Source: a virus (taxonomy: Duplodnaviria; Caudoviricetes). Taken from it: 62,639 bases of DNA. Each line of letters starts with the position of its first letter. Within the stretch, counting starts at the first letter, position 1. The DNA lies in IMG/VR virus record IMGVR_UViG_3300006638_000002, positions 1-62,639 of that record; one strand, 5' to 3'. The translations under genes and the position numbers were made by a program. Below, piece after piece: positions 36,853 through 43,838 of the stretch. Under the pieces are notes generated by a model. The model ran no database searches and was not told the origin of the DNA. It saw only the letters and a list, made by a program, of their open reading frames with translations.

Positions 36853-36989
36853 AAGCACTTATCGGATGGTGGCAGACGCCTACGCTTCCTGCCGATCACC
36901 CCGAACCCGAAACCTTCATGCGGCGATCAACTCCGCATTCGTCGGGTTTAACGTCCCAGGGCGTCCCCCGGACCATCCGATAAGCGCTC
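36853..36989 (-). ncRNA. Structured non-coding RNA unit A (four-way junction)
   Basis: 18-bp closing helix GAGCGCUUAUCGGAUGGU/ACCAUCCGAUAAGUGCUU (mismatches are G.U only on minus strand) plus three internal hairpins. Confidence 0.65.
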
Positions 36990-36993
36990 CTGC

Positions 36994-37131
36994 TCATTTA
37001 AGACGTTTGAGGACAAACTGTGCTGCTGCATAACCACCTTGCGCGGCCATGACAACGAGAGCGACAACCGCGACAACGCCAAGGAGTAGCAGCGTGATTG
37101 CCCCGATCATTGCAAGTAGTGGACTAGCCAT
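36994..37131 (-). CDS. Array micro-ORF, 45-aa membrane peptide
   Basis: MASPLLAMIGAITLLLLGVVAVV...; ends AAA TGA. Confidence 0.55.
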   Translation of the reverse strand: MASPLLAMIGAITLLLLGVVAVVALVVMAAQGGYAAAQFVLKRLK

Positions 37132-37140
37132 CAAATTTTC

Positions 37141-37353
37141 CTATTGTGTCATCTTAATATCGGCCAAAGCCACCCTGGCGACCTGTGCTGCTTCCTGGCA
37201 TTTATCGCAGCAAGTGTTATCTGCGATGCTTTGCAGCGCCGTTCGCAACCGCTCGATTGTGGTCATGGCATCCTCTATGTTGCTGGCAACGCCCCTGGAA
37301 AAGCTTGCCTCGCATCTAGCTGCGTCAAACCGCAATCGCTCAACTATGTCCAC
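37141..37353 (-). CDS. Array micro-ORF, DIVERLR...IERLR family
   Basis: GGAG SD in junction; ends ACA CAA TAG. Confidence 0.65.
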   Translation of the reverse strand: MDIVERLRFDAARCEASFSRGVASNIEDAMTTIERLRTALQSIADNTCCDKCQEAAQVARVALADIKMTQ

Positions 37354-37361
37354 GGTCACTC

Positions 37362-37505
37362 CTATTTTGAGAGTGACGGAAGCGTGATAATAAGTTTTCT
37401 GCGCCCGGCCTTCTTAAATCTAACTGCGCCGCCGCGATCACGTGCCGCCGCAGCCTTGCGTTTCATATTCTTTTTTGCCTGGGCAATTTTTTTCTGCGAA
37501 GCCAT
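37362..37505 (-). CDS. Array micro-ORF, 47-aa basic peptide
   Basis: MASQKKIAQAKK...; ends TCA AAA TAG. Confidence 0.55.
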   Translation of the reverse strand: MASQKKIAQAKKNMKRKAAAARDRGGAVRFKKAGRRKLIITLPSLSK

Positions 37506-37525
37506 AACCGTTCCTAGTTGTTAAA

Positions 37526-37645
37526 TGGGATGCTCGGCAACACTTCCGATGTGCTCCGAGAGCGCGAGCGGCCTTTGGCATCGGAGTCCTCCGCTCCTTA
37601 GACCAATCCGTTACCGGCGGTCGTCATCCCAACTGTGAAACTCCT
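37526..37645 (-). ncRNA. Structured non-coding RNA unit B (cloverleaf)
   Basis: UGGGAUG/CAUCCCA closing stem; GACC..CCG-GUAA-CGG..GGUC; GAGCGG/CCGCUC; CUCGG/CCGAG hairpins. Confidence 0.55.
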
Positions 37646-37651
37646 CTATAT

Positions 37652-37834
37652 TCACCAAGGGCTGCCACACGCCGCGCCAACCGGCGCAGCGCACAGCCAT
37701 GAAAGATATTCCTCGCACTGTTCGACGGTGCGCCGAGATCCAACCCACTTGCCATTCACCCATAGATCGAACAGCAAGGCGAAGCCGCGATGATCCTTTA
37801 CCGCTCGCGCTTCAATGTCTGCCGGATCGTTCAC
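37652..37834 (-). CDS. Array micro-ORF (MNDPADIE...)
   Basis: AAGGAG SD; ends TGA-ATATAGAGG. Confidence 0.6.
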   Translation of the reverse strand: MNDPADIEARAVKDHRGFALLFDLWVNGKWVGSRRTVEQCEEYLSWLCAAPVGAACGSPW

Positions 37835-37844
37835 GGTCGCTCCT

Positions 37845-38117
37845 TTATCTCGTCTGTTCTCGCGGATGAACTTGCCCGTGATTTGCACCGACCTCGCTCA
37901 CATCAAACGCATCTTTCAACCGTGCGAGTGTTTCGCCATCGGCCCATGACACCGCAACGTATGGCCGGTACGGAGCCGCGCCACCTTCACCAATCGTCCC
38001 CTGACAACTCGTATGAGTGCGAACGCCGGGGATTGTATTGAGATAGCGCACCGTGTCGGCAATGCCTTCGTCCACATCGACTATGACTTGCATTGCGATC
38101 TGCTTGTGAACAACCAC
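37845..38117 (-). CDS. Array ORF (VDEGIA..V..LN..PGVRT..SCQG family)
   Basis: AAGGAG SD; ends ACG AGA TAA. Confidence 0.7.
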   Translation of the reverse strand: MVVHKQIAMQVIVDVDEGIADTVRYLNTIPGVRTHTSCQGTIGEGGAAPYRPYVAVSWADGETLARLKDAFDVSEVGANHGQVHPREQTR

Positions 38118-38129
38118 CGCCGGCACTCC

Positions 38130-38234
38130 TTATTTTCGCGCCCAATCTTGAATGCTGCACTCAACAAGCGTGTAAAGCGCCGCACCGCCAAATCCAAAAG
38201 CGACTATTCCGGCTATAACTAATAATGGCGTCAC
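38130..38234 (-). CDS. Array micro-ORF, 34-aa single TM
   Basis: AGGAG SD; ends CGA AAA TAA. Confidence 0.55.
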   Translation of the reverse strand: MTPLLVIAGIVAFGFGGAALYTLVECSIQDWARK

Positions 38235-38242
38235 GATGGCTC

Positions 38243-38428
38243 CTAATTTGACTGCTTGGCAACGCGCTCAATCTCTTTGAACATCTGGATAACTCGGCCT
38301 TCGTGATCTTGAAGCGCACATGCGGCGATGTACAAAAGCGAGTGTGTTGGCTCATCTTTGACAGCGGCAACCCGCGCCCAAAACTTCTTGCTCACTTTGC
38401 CGGAATACTGAGGAGTTGGACCTGTCAT
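38243..38428 (-). CDS. Array micro-ORF (MTGPTPQYSG...)
   Basis: AAGGA SD; ends TCA AAT TAG. Confidence 0.65.
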   Translation of the reverse strand: MTGPTPQYSGKVSKKFWARVAAVKDEPTHSLLYIAACALQDHEGRVIQMFKEIERVAKQSN

Positions 38429-38439
38429 ATTTTATATCC

Positions 38440-38598
38440 TTTAGACCATTAAGTGAGCCGCCTGCTAACCCGCTCTTGCGGGAAGACAAAAGTGGGGTTC
38501 GGAACCATCCCTGGCTAGAGCTTTGTTGGGCGCTCTTGGGAGAATGGTCGTGACGCTCTATGTCCCCGGTCGTCATCCTTTACCCGTGGAAACTCTCC
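38440..38598 (-). ncRNA. Possible structured non-coding unit C, 5' end homologous to unit B
   Basis: Shares GAGUUUC..GGAUGACGACCG and UGGUCUAA with unit B; UAGAGC/GCUCUA, GGGACA/UGUCUU, CCCGC/GCGGG stems. Confidence 0.4.
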
Positions 38599-38605
38599 TG
38601 CATAT

Positions 38606-38878
38606 TCAGACGGATTTGCGCATAGATTTGATTTCGTCGTTCACCAGATCGACTCCGCGTAACGCGCCTTCGACGTAGGCTTGCAAAACAATAGCGTTGA
38701 CTTGTGCTTCCATTCTGGCCTTGAATTTTTCTCTCACATCGGCCGGCGCGCTACGGTTCAAATTCATAGGGCTGATAACGTTCTTAATCATGGACGTTAG
38801 ATCGACATCTACGGCCCACTTATCCGCAAGCCCGTCGAGGACATCTAGGCCGATCTCCGCTTTTCGCTTCGCGTTCAT
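38606..38878 (-). CDS. Array ORF (MNAKRKAE...)
   Basis: Ends GTC TGA-ATATG. Confidence 0.7.
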   Translation of the reverse strand: MNAKRKAEIGLDVLDGLADKWAVDVDLTSMIKNVISPMNLNRSAPADVREKFKARMEAQVNAIVLQAYVEGALRGVDLVNDEIKSMRKSV

Positions 38879-38888
38879 GCCGCCGCCC

Positions 38889-39044
38889 CTATTTCGACTC
38901 GGCTATATCAATGTCAGCAGAAAGGGCCGCGAGCACAATCACCAAGGCCTCGCTCACCTTGGCAAGAGACGGTCCGCGATTTTCCAACCCGAGAACTTTT
39001 TCTAGGCGCCTAAGCGCACGTCGAAATTCTTCTTCTTTGCTCAT
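38889..39044 (-). CDS. Array micro-ORF (MSKEEEFRR...)
   Basis: AGGAG SD; ends TCG AAA TAG. Confidence 0.6.
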   Translation of the reverse strand: MSKEEEFRRALRRLEKVLGLENRGPSLAKVSEALVIVLAALSADIDIAESK

Positions 39045-39052
39045 ATCCGCTC

Positions 39053-39259
39053 CTATTTCGCTAGTCGCTCTAAACGATCAACGCGCTCACACCGCATTCT
39101 CGTTATTGCGGCATCAAGAGTCATCCGCTCTATCGTGCGCCCCATCTCGACCCAATCTCCAAGCATCTCCGCCGTCAGCCTAGTATCGGCGGGATCATCA
39201 ACGACGATTGCTCGGACGGTGCCGTCTTTTATTCCGACATAAGCTGAAAGTTCATCCAC
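39053..39259 (-). CDS. Array micro-ORF (MDELSAYVG...)
   Basis: AGGAG SD; ends GCG AAA TAG. Confidence 0.7.
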   Translation of the reverse strand: MDELSAYVGIKDGTVRAIVVDDPADTRLTAEMLGDWVEMGRTIERMTLDAAITRMRCERVDRLERLAK

Positions 39260-39268
39260 AATCGGCTC

Positions 39269-39460
39269 CTATTTCTCGTCAGTGATTATTGGAACGGCGC
39301 CCTTCAAGATTGCCGCAGCAATGTCGTTAGCAAGACCGTCAAGCGGCACTTCATCGGCAAAGCATGGGCTGTGATCCATGAGGATGCCATAAGCCATGTT
39401 CAGCGCAATCAGCTTTGGATTCGTGCGCCGCTGTTCCCTGATGTATTCCACGCTATCCAC
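39269..39460 (-). CDS. Array micro-ORF (MDSVEYIR...)
   Basis: AGGAG SD; ends GAG AAA TAG. Confidence 0.7.
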   Translation of the reverse strand: MDSVEYIREQRRTNPKLIALNMAYGILMDHSPCFADEVPLDGLANDIAAAILKGAVPIITDEK

Positions 39461-39472
39461 GGTCGCTCCTGC

Positions 39473-40123
39473 TCATTTAGTGGGTCGGCGGACCCAAATG
39501 AAGGTTTCGTCTTTCCGCTTTTTCTTGGTGTTCTGCCAAAAGCCATAAACCGACGCGGTTGAAACTTCCATCTTGGCGGCGACCCACGGCCCTGACTTGC
39601 CGGAATTAAGATATTTGCCGACGCGCACGATCTTGGGCTCGGTCATCACCACCTTGCGGCCCCATTCCCATTTCTCGCCTTTGTCCTCGCGTTTCTCACG
39701 GATCACCGCGAGGCCGGCCTTGGTGCGCTCGGCTATCAGATCGCGCTCGAAGCCAGCGACGGCGGTCGTTATCCCCATGACAAGCCTGCCGATTGCGGTC
39801 GTGGTGTCGAGCATTTCGGTGAGGCTACGAAGGCCGACGCCCTTGTTCTTGAGCATTTCGACCAGGGCATATAGCTCCGGTGGCGATCGCGTGAGGCGAT
39901 CGAGCTTCCAAATAACCAGCGTGTCGCCCTCGCGGCAGTCCATGAGCGCAAGCCGCAGACCAGGGCGCCGTTTGCTGACGCCGGACGCCTTATCGGTATG
40001 CATGTTATCGGACAGAACCCCGGCGCGCGTGAGCGCCGCCGTCTGTAGCTCCAAATTCTGATCTTCGGTCGAGACACGGGCATAGCCGATCAGCCGGTTT
40101 TCTGGCAGCGATTGCTTGGTCAA
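39473..40123 (-). CDS. Small serine recombinase (resolvase/invertase family)
   Basis: IGYARVSTEDQ (catalytic Ser), DKASG..RPGL, GDTLVIWKLDRLTRS, ERDLIAERTKAGL, GRK arm and C-terminal HTH. Confidence 0.95.
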   Translation of the reverse strand: MTKQSLPENRLIGYARVSTEDQNLELQTAALTRAGVLSDNMHTDKASGVSKRRPGLRLALMDCREGDTLVIWKLDRLTRSPPELYALVEMLKNKGVGLRSLTEMLDTTTAIGRLVMGITTAVAGFERDLIAERTKAGLAVIREKREDKGEKWEWGRKVVMTEPKIVRVGKYLNSGKSGPWVAAKMEVSTASVYGFWQNTKKKRKDETFIWVRRPTK

Positions 40124-40134
40124 ACGAACGACCC

Positions 40135-40200
40135 CTTTTCTGTCAGTAAGTGATATGGCATTATTGACAGAAAAGCAAGACCGTGCCTATATTCTCCACA
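40135..40200. promoter_or_regulatory. 41-bp inverted repeat (candidate recombinase site) overlapping a sigma70 promoter
   Basis: CTTTTCTGTCAGTAA-N11-TTATTGACAGAAAAG (14/15 match); TTGACA 40164-69, N18, TATATT 40188-93; ATG at 40200 suggests leaderless mRNA. Confidence 0.75.
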
Positions 40201-40508
40201 TGCCGAAACGCATCCAACGAAAGCGCACGAAGGGCTGGCGGATGCCGCCGAATACGGTCTGCGTCACGCGGCCGGGCCGGTGGGGCAATCCTTACCGCGC
40301 CAGCTTGTTCCGTGATTACAGCCGCGAGCAGCAAGTGGCCGATTACAAGCGATGGATTGATGGCGACGTTGGCGGTCGAGTATGGGCCGGGCCGCCGCCG
40401 ACCGAGGCGGAAATTCGCAAAGAACTACGAGGCAAAAATCTCGCTTGTTATTGTCCGATTGGCGAGCCGTGCCACGCTGATTTGTTGCTCAAGATTGCTA
40501 ACCCATAA
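40200..40508 (+). CDS. DUF4326-family protein
   Basis: PKRIQRKRTKGWRMP..V.RP..WGNP..LRGKNLACYC....CHAD.L. Confidence 0.85.
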   Translation: MPKRIQRKRTKGWRMPPNTVCVTRPGRWGNPYRASLFRDYSREQQVADYKRWIDGDVGGRVWAGPPPTEAEIRKELRGKNLACYCPIGEPCHADLLLKIANP

Positions 40509-40530
40509 ATCTGGATTCGGAGCCCCGATC

Positions 40531-40737
40531 ATGCCCGCAGCATTTAAGATGGAAGGCGTTTCGATTGGCGGCAAGATTTACGTCCTTGAGGCAGATTGCC
40601 GCCGAACAGTGAACGCGGCGATGGCCGCCGCCAAAAATGCCGAACGTGAGCGCTGCGCTCATATCGCCTTGGCGATTGATAGCAAGCGCGGCAATGAGAA
40701 AGAAATAGCTCGCGCAATCCGCGCTCAGACAGTTTGA
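40531..40737 (+). CDS. Array micro-ORF (AERERCA...IA.AIR family)
   Basis: Follows GGAGCCCCG; ends TGA-ATATAGAGGCCCC. Confidence 0.65.
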   Translation: MPAAFKMEGVSIGGKIYVLEADCRRTVNAAMAAAKNAERERCAHIALAIDSKRGNEKEIARAIRAQTV

Positions 40738-40754
40738 ATATAGAGGCCCCGGCT

Positions 40755-40937
40755 GTGAAACAGAAACTAGACATCACGAGTTGGCTCCGTAAGGAAGCGG
40801 AGTTAATTCATGGGTTTGATCGGGCGGCAGAAGCCGCTGACGAGATCGAGCGGATGCGGAAAGCACAGCCCTGCGTCTGCCCGAAATGCGGCGGTCGCGG
40901 CACATATCAAAACGGCAGCTTCACGTTGAAGGAATAG
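40755..40937 (+). CDS. Array micro-ORF, EAADEIER + CPKCGG
   Basis: GTG after junction; ends GAA TAG GCCC. Confidence 0.65.
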   Translation: MKQKLDITSWLRKEAELIHGFDRAAEAADEIERMRKAQPCVCPKCGGRGTYQNGSFTLKE

Positions 40938-40943
40938 GCCCGC

Positions 40944-41114
40944 ATGGAAAACGCCAAAGGCCAACCAGACGCCGCCAGGCTTATTTTCGCCACAGCCCAA
41001 AAAATGGTTGACGTGCTAGACGCATCTGAGTTGCCAGATGGGCCGTTGAAGGCGGCTGCAATAAAGGTGTTGGCAATCACCTACAACATGGAAGCTCGCG
41101 CTCAGAAGGAATAG
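40944..41114 (+). CDS. Array micro-ORF (MENAKGQP..., 56 aa)
   Basis: Bounded by exact 15-bp repeat GAAGGAATAGGCCCG. Confidence 0.6.
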   Translation: MENAKGQPDAARLIFATAQKMVDVLDASELPDGPLKAAAIKVLAITYNMEARAQKE

Positions 41115-41122
41115 GCCCGAAA

Positions 41123-41278
41123 ATGAGCAAATCAGAAATAGAGATGCTTCGCAGTCTTGGTTATCCTTGGGCCATTAGAGCCGCCGACGAGATTGAGCGG
41201 TTGCAGAAACAAGTGAACGATCTTGAATTTACTCTCGACTGCCGAACCGAGGCGTTAGAAGAAGCTTCCGAACAATAA
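41123..41278 (+). CDS. Array micro-ORF, AADEIERL family (51 aa)
   Basis: Ends CAA TAA AGGCCCG. Confidence 0.6.
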   Translation: MSKSEIEMLRSLGYPWAIRAADEIERLQKQVNDLEFTLDCRTEALEEASEQ

Positions 41279-41287
41279 AGGCCCGAT

Positions 41288-41482
41288 ATGCTACTGCCTA
41301 GGCCACGCTTTGACCCACTGGATCGGTACGCAACCGAATTGGCCGACTTTGTGGTTCAAAAAGAATGGCATCCATCGAATGCCTCCAGGTCCATGCGCTG
41401 TCAAATTCTTGCCGCCGAACTTCGTAGATTCGTTGGCGAGTGGCTGGCGGCAAATCCGCCGCCCGTTAGAAACGGGGATTAG
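41288..41482 (+). CDS. Array micro-ORF (MLLPRPRF...)
   Basis: Ends GAT TAG GCCC. Confidence 0.6.
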   Translation: MLLPRPRFDPLDRYATELADFVVQKEWHPSNASRSMRCQILAAELRRFVGEWLAANPPPVRNGD

Positions 41483-41490
41483 GCCCTACC

Positions 41491-41667
41491 ATGCCAACGA
41501 TAATCACCAGGACTAGCTCCGCTCCGACCGAGCAGTTAGCGGAAGTCGAAAGGGCGATCCGCGAATATCATGAGGCGCTGGATCGCCGGGAGCACGGTGG
41601 CGTGGCGGCCGACAAAGCGATAAAGCATATCGAGGCCATTCTTTGTCTCGAATGGCGAAACCGATAA
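41491..41667 (+). CDS. Array micro-ORF (..IREYH.ALDRREHGGVA.., 58 aa)
   Basis: Open frame between junctions. Confidence 0.6.
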   Translation: MPTIITRTSSAPTEQLAEVERAIREYHEALDRREHGGVAADKAIKHIEAILCLEWRNR

Positions 41668-41671
41668 TCCC

Positions 41672-41989
41672 ATGCTAAATGACATAGTAGAACGCCTGCG
41701 CGAAAATCGCCCTAAAATGCCGACGCGAGATCGCTATGAAGCGGCCGACTTGATCGAGCAGAAGATGTGGCAACCGATTGAAACAGCGCCGAAGGACGGA
41801 AGCCTAATCGTGCTGGCCGATTATTCCGGCTTTCGTGAGCGCGGCAGCGACGGCATGTGGATAGCGACGGGATGCTGGAACGCCGCCGAAAACGAACTTG
41901 AGAACGGCAGGTGGTGGGACCGAACAGAGTACCTTTATACGCCGACACACTGGATGCCGTTGCCCTCACCTCCAACTCTAACAAAATAG
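41672..41989 (+). CDS. DUF551-like protein with DIVERLR/EAADLIE N-terminus
   Basis: WQPIETAPKDG...PTHWMPLP; ends ACA AAA TAG CCC. Confidence 0.8.
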   Translation: MLNDIVERLRENRPKMPTRDRYEAADLIEQKMWQPIETAPKDGSLIVLADYSGFRERGSDGMWIATGCWNAAENELENGRWWDRTEYLYTPTHWMPLPSPPTLTK

Positions 41990-41998
41990 CCCGGAACC

Positions 41999-42184
41999 GT
42001 GACTAAGATCGAACAGATGCTCGAAATGGTCCTTACCAATCAGGTCACCATTATGCGTTGGATGCTCACAGCGAGCGACGAGCCGGGATCAGGAAGAAAA
42101 TCCGATCATCGCAAAACGATGGGCACCCGCGCCGAGGTCACCGAGAACTGGCTAAAGTATCACCCGCCCAAGCAAATAAAATAG
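41999..42184 (+). CDS. Array micro-ORF (MTKIEQML...)
   Basis: Ends ATA AAA TAG GCCG. Confidence 0.6.
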   Translation: MTKIEQMLEMVLTNQVTIMRWMLTASDEPGSGRKSDHRKTMGTRAEVTENWLKYHPPKQIK

Positions 42185-42191
42185 GCCGCCG

Positions 42192-42326
42192 ATGGAACAG
42201 TGCGAATGTGGCCGTCCGAAAGGGCAATGCGTTCAGGGCGACATGAAACGCTGCCCTGCCCTAGATGATGACGAACTCGATAACGAGCCACCGCTCTACA
42301 CCGAAACAGACGACGACAATTATTGA
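42192..42326 (+). CDS. Array micro-ORF, Cys-rich then acidic (44 aa)
   Basis: MEQCECGRPKGQC...; ends TGA-ATATGGAGCCCCG. Confidence 0.55.
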   Translation: MEQCECGRPKGQCVQGDMKRCPALDDDELDNEPPLYTETDDDNY

Positions 42327-42339
42327 ATATGGAGCCCCG

Positions 42340-42630
42340 ATGGAAAAGCCACTCGAAGAACTAGAGCCACATGCTTATGTCCCAAGCGCGATGCACATGG
42401 GCGATTGTCAGGTCTGTGGGCACCTTCAGGGATCGCCTATTCATTCGCCATTTACCAGCATGGGAACGCCCATCAGTGACGCCGAAATCAGGCACACGAT
42501 CTGTTGGGATGATGGAGAAGATCGGGACGCGGCGCTTGCTGGCGGCAAATACGTGACCTGCGCCGGAGAGTGGCGGCAGCGACCGGATACCTGCTGGCAG
42601 TTCTTCAAAGACCCGACCGTTGAAATCTGA
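42340..42630 (+). CDS. Array ORF with H..CxxC..H motif
   Basis: GGAG SD; ends TGA-ATGTAGAGGCC. Confidence 0.65.
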   Translation: MEKPLEELEPHAYVPSAMHMGDCQVCGHLQGSPIHSPFTSMGTPISDAEIRHTICWDDGEDRDAALAGGKYVTCAGEWRQRPDTCWQFFKDPTVEI

Positions 42631-42647
42631 ATGTAGAGGCCGCCGCC

Positions 42648-42830
42648 ATGAAAATCGACATGCAAGAGATTGAGCGAATCGGCGGCAGGGCAAAAAACCC
42701 TGACATTGATGCCGCGCTTCGCATTCTCGAAATGAATGGTTTGGTCGTTGAGGAACGCCCTCGCGTTGATCGTGGCGACGACCACAGAACGGTCAATACG
42801 CCAACCAGTTTTTTTAACTCTAGCCGTTGA
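42648..42830 (+). CDS. Array micro-ORF (MKIDMQEI...)
   Basis: Ends TGA-ATGTAGAGGCCCC. Confidence 0.6.
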   Translation: MKIDMQEIERIGGRAKNPDIDAALRILEMNGLVVEERPRVDRGDDHRTVNTPTSFFNSSR

Positions 42831-42844
42831 ATGTAGAGGCCCCG

Positions 42845-43012
42845 ATGCCCTACCTAGAAACAATAGAGTTGGCTGCTAGGCGTGCTGCTGAAAGGCTGCA
42901 AAAGTCGGAGGATCACTCCATGTATTGCGCGGGGTCTGCGCTTGAAACCTTGGCCGAAGAAATCCTTTCAATCATCAACGAGCGCAAGCGAGACGCTGCG
43001 CAGACAAAATAG
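42845..43012 (+). CDS. Array micro-ORF (MPYLETIE...)
   Basis: Ends ACA AAA TAG GCCCC. Confidence 0.6.
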   Translation: MPYLETIELAARRAAERLQKSEDHSMYCAGSALETLAEEILSIINERKRDAAQTK

Positions 43013-43021
43013 GCCCCGACC

Positions 43022-43219
43022 ATGACCGACGAGCAGAAAGTCGCCTATCTTAACGCGCAAGTCGTCTGCGCTCAGATTGAGGTCGCCGGGATGCAGGCTG
43101 AAAACCAGCACCGCATGAATACAGGAAATTCAATCGCCTATGGCGAGGAAGCCTTCGCCGCCGTCGCCAACAAATATGGCATCCACCACAACGCCGTCCT
43201 TGGCTTGTTCCAAGGTTGA
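43022..43219 (+). CDS. Array micro-ORF (..GMQAENQHR...G.SIAYGEEAF family)
   Basis: Ends TGA-ATGTAGGGCC. Confidence 0.7.
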   Translation: MTDEQKVAYLNAQVVCAQIEVAGMQAENQHRMNTGNSIAYGEEAFAAVANKYGIHHNAVLGLFQG

Positions 43220-43326
43220 ATGTAGGGCCAGATCGTGAAGGCGCGTTGGCGCGTCGCTGGTACAAGGCCAAGGCCGACCTACTCATCACGATAGGTCTTG
43301 GCGCTCTAACAAATAAGGCCGACTGC

Positions 43327-43416
43327 TCAGCAGCAGTTTCCATATCCAGAATAATGAACGCCGAGCAGCACGATCGCCACGATAAAGGCGACCGCGATTG
43401 CCACTCGTGTCGCCAT
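43327..43416 (-). CDS. 29-aa membrane peptide ending SGYGNCC
   Basis: TGATG coupling; similar to 34930..35034. Confidence 0.55.
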   Translation of the reverse strand: MATRVAIAVAFIVAIVLLGVHYSGYGNCC

Positions 43417-43568
43417 CAGTGAAAAAACCCTGCGCGCATAACGCCACCGAATAGCTCGGCAGCGATCCAACACGCTATACCGATCCAAGCAAAGCGTCGC
43501 GTCTGCCATGCCTCGATGGTAACAAACACAAAAGCGAAAGCCAGTAGGACTAGACCTAAGTTCTGCAT
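43416..43568 (-). CDS. 50-aa two-TM membrane protein
   Basis: MQNLGLVLLAFAFVF...; GGAGG SD. Confidence 0.6.
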   Translation of the reverse strand: MQNLGLVLLAFAFVFVTIEAWQTRRFAWIGIACWIAAELFGGVMRAGFFH

Positions 43569-43684
43569 CAGAACCTCCCAAAAATAACGAGGACGATAAC
43601 GACGAGCAGCACTAAGCCGATGCCGCCGCCAGCGTGATACGGGCCGCCGAAACAGCCCTCGCCAGACACCACGCAACCAGTCAA
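43568..43684 (-). pseudogene. 5'-truncated small membrane protein (DUF3309-like C-half)
   Basis: GGGIGLVLLVVIVLVIFGRF*; frame is closed upstream at 43696 and has no SD; family call from memory. Confidence 0.35.
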
Positions 43685-43709
43685 TAGAGCCCACTAAGGA
43701 GATACCAAT

Positions 43710-43818
43710 GAGCGCGCGTCCCGGACGGGTGAAAACCAAGATGCGGAACCTGAAACAGCGGGCTTCGGCTCGCCCCGCTCTTGGCCGTAGTCGCAGGCGT
43801 CGTAACCCTGCCGCGCTC
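43710..43818 (+). ncRNA. tRNA-like structured RNA unit (overlaps a 44-aa ORF, 43708..43842)
   Basis: 7-bp GAGCGCG/CGCGCUC stem stacked on GCAGG/CCUGC arm; CCAAGA/UCUUGG stem; cUUCGg hairpin. Confidence 0.55.
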
Positions 43819-43838
43819 GCCTTACTTGGAGATATAAA

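Larger units (their letters stand above)
36004..39472 (-). other. Left micro-cassette array: 16 small ORFs + 3 non-coding units
   Basis: Head-to-tail minus-strand units joined by ...CRAAATAG|GAG or TGAATAT..|GGAG motifs. Confidence 0.75.

Noticed and set aside
39473-40123. Tail-fibre invertase (Gin/Cin-type shufflon) or Tn3 transposon
   Set aside because: Fibre genes are more than 9 kb away and all on one strand, with no inverted crossover sites seen; no transposase or 38-bp terminal repeats.
43710-43822. Canonical tRNA gene
   Set aside because: No TTCRA T-loop, no 7-nt anticodon loop, no standard D-arm; kept only as tRNA-like.
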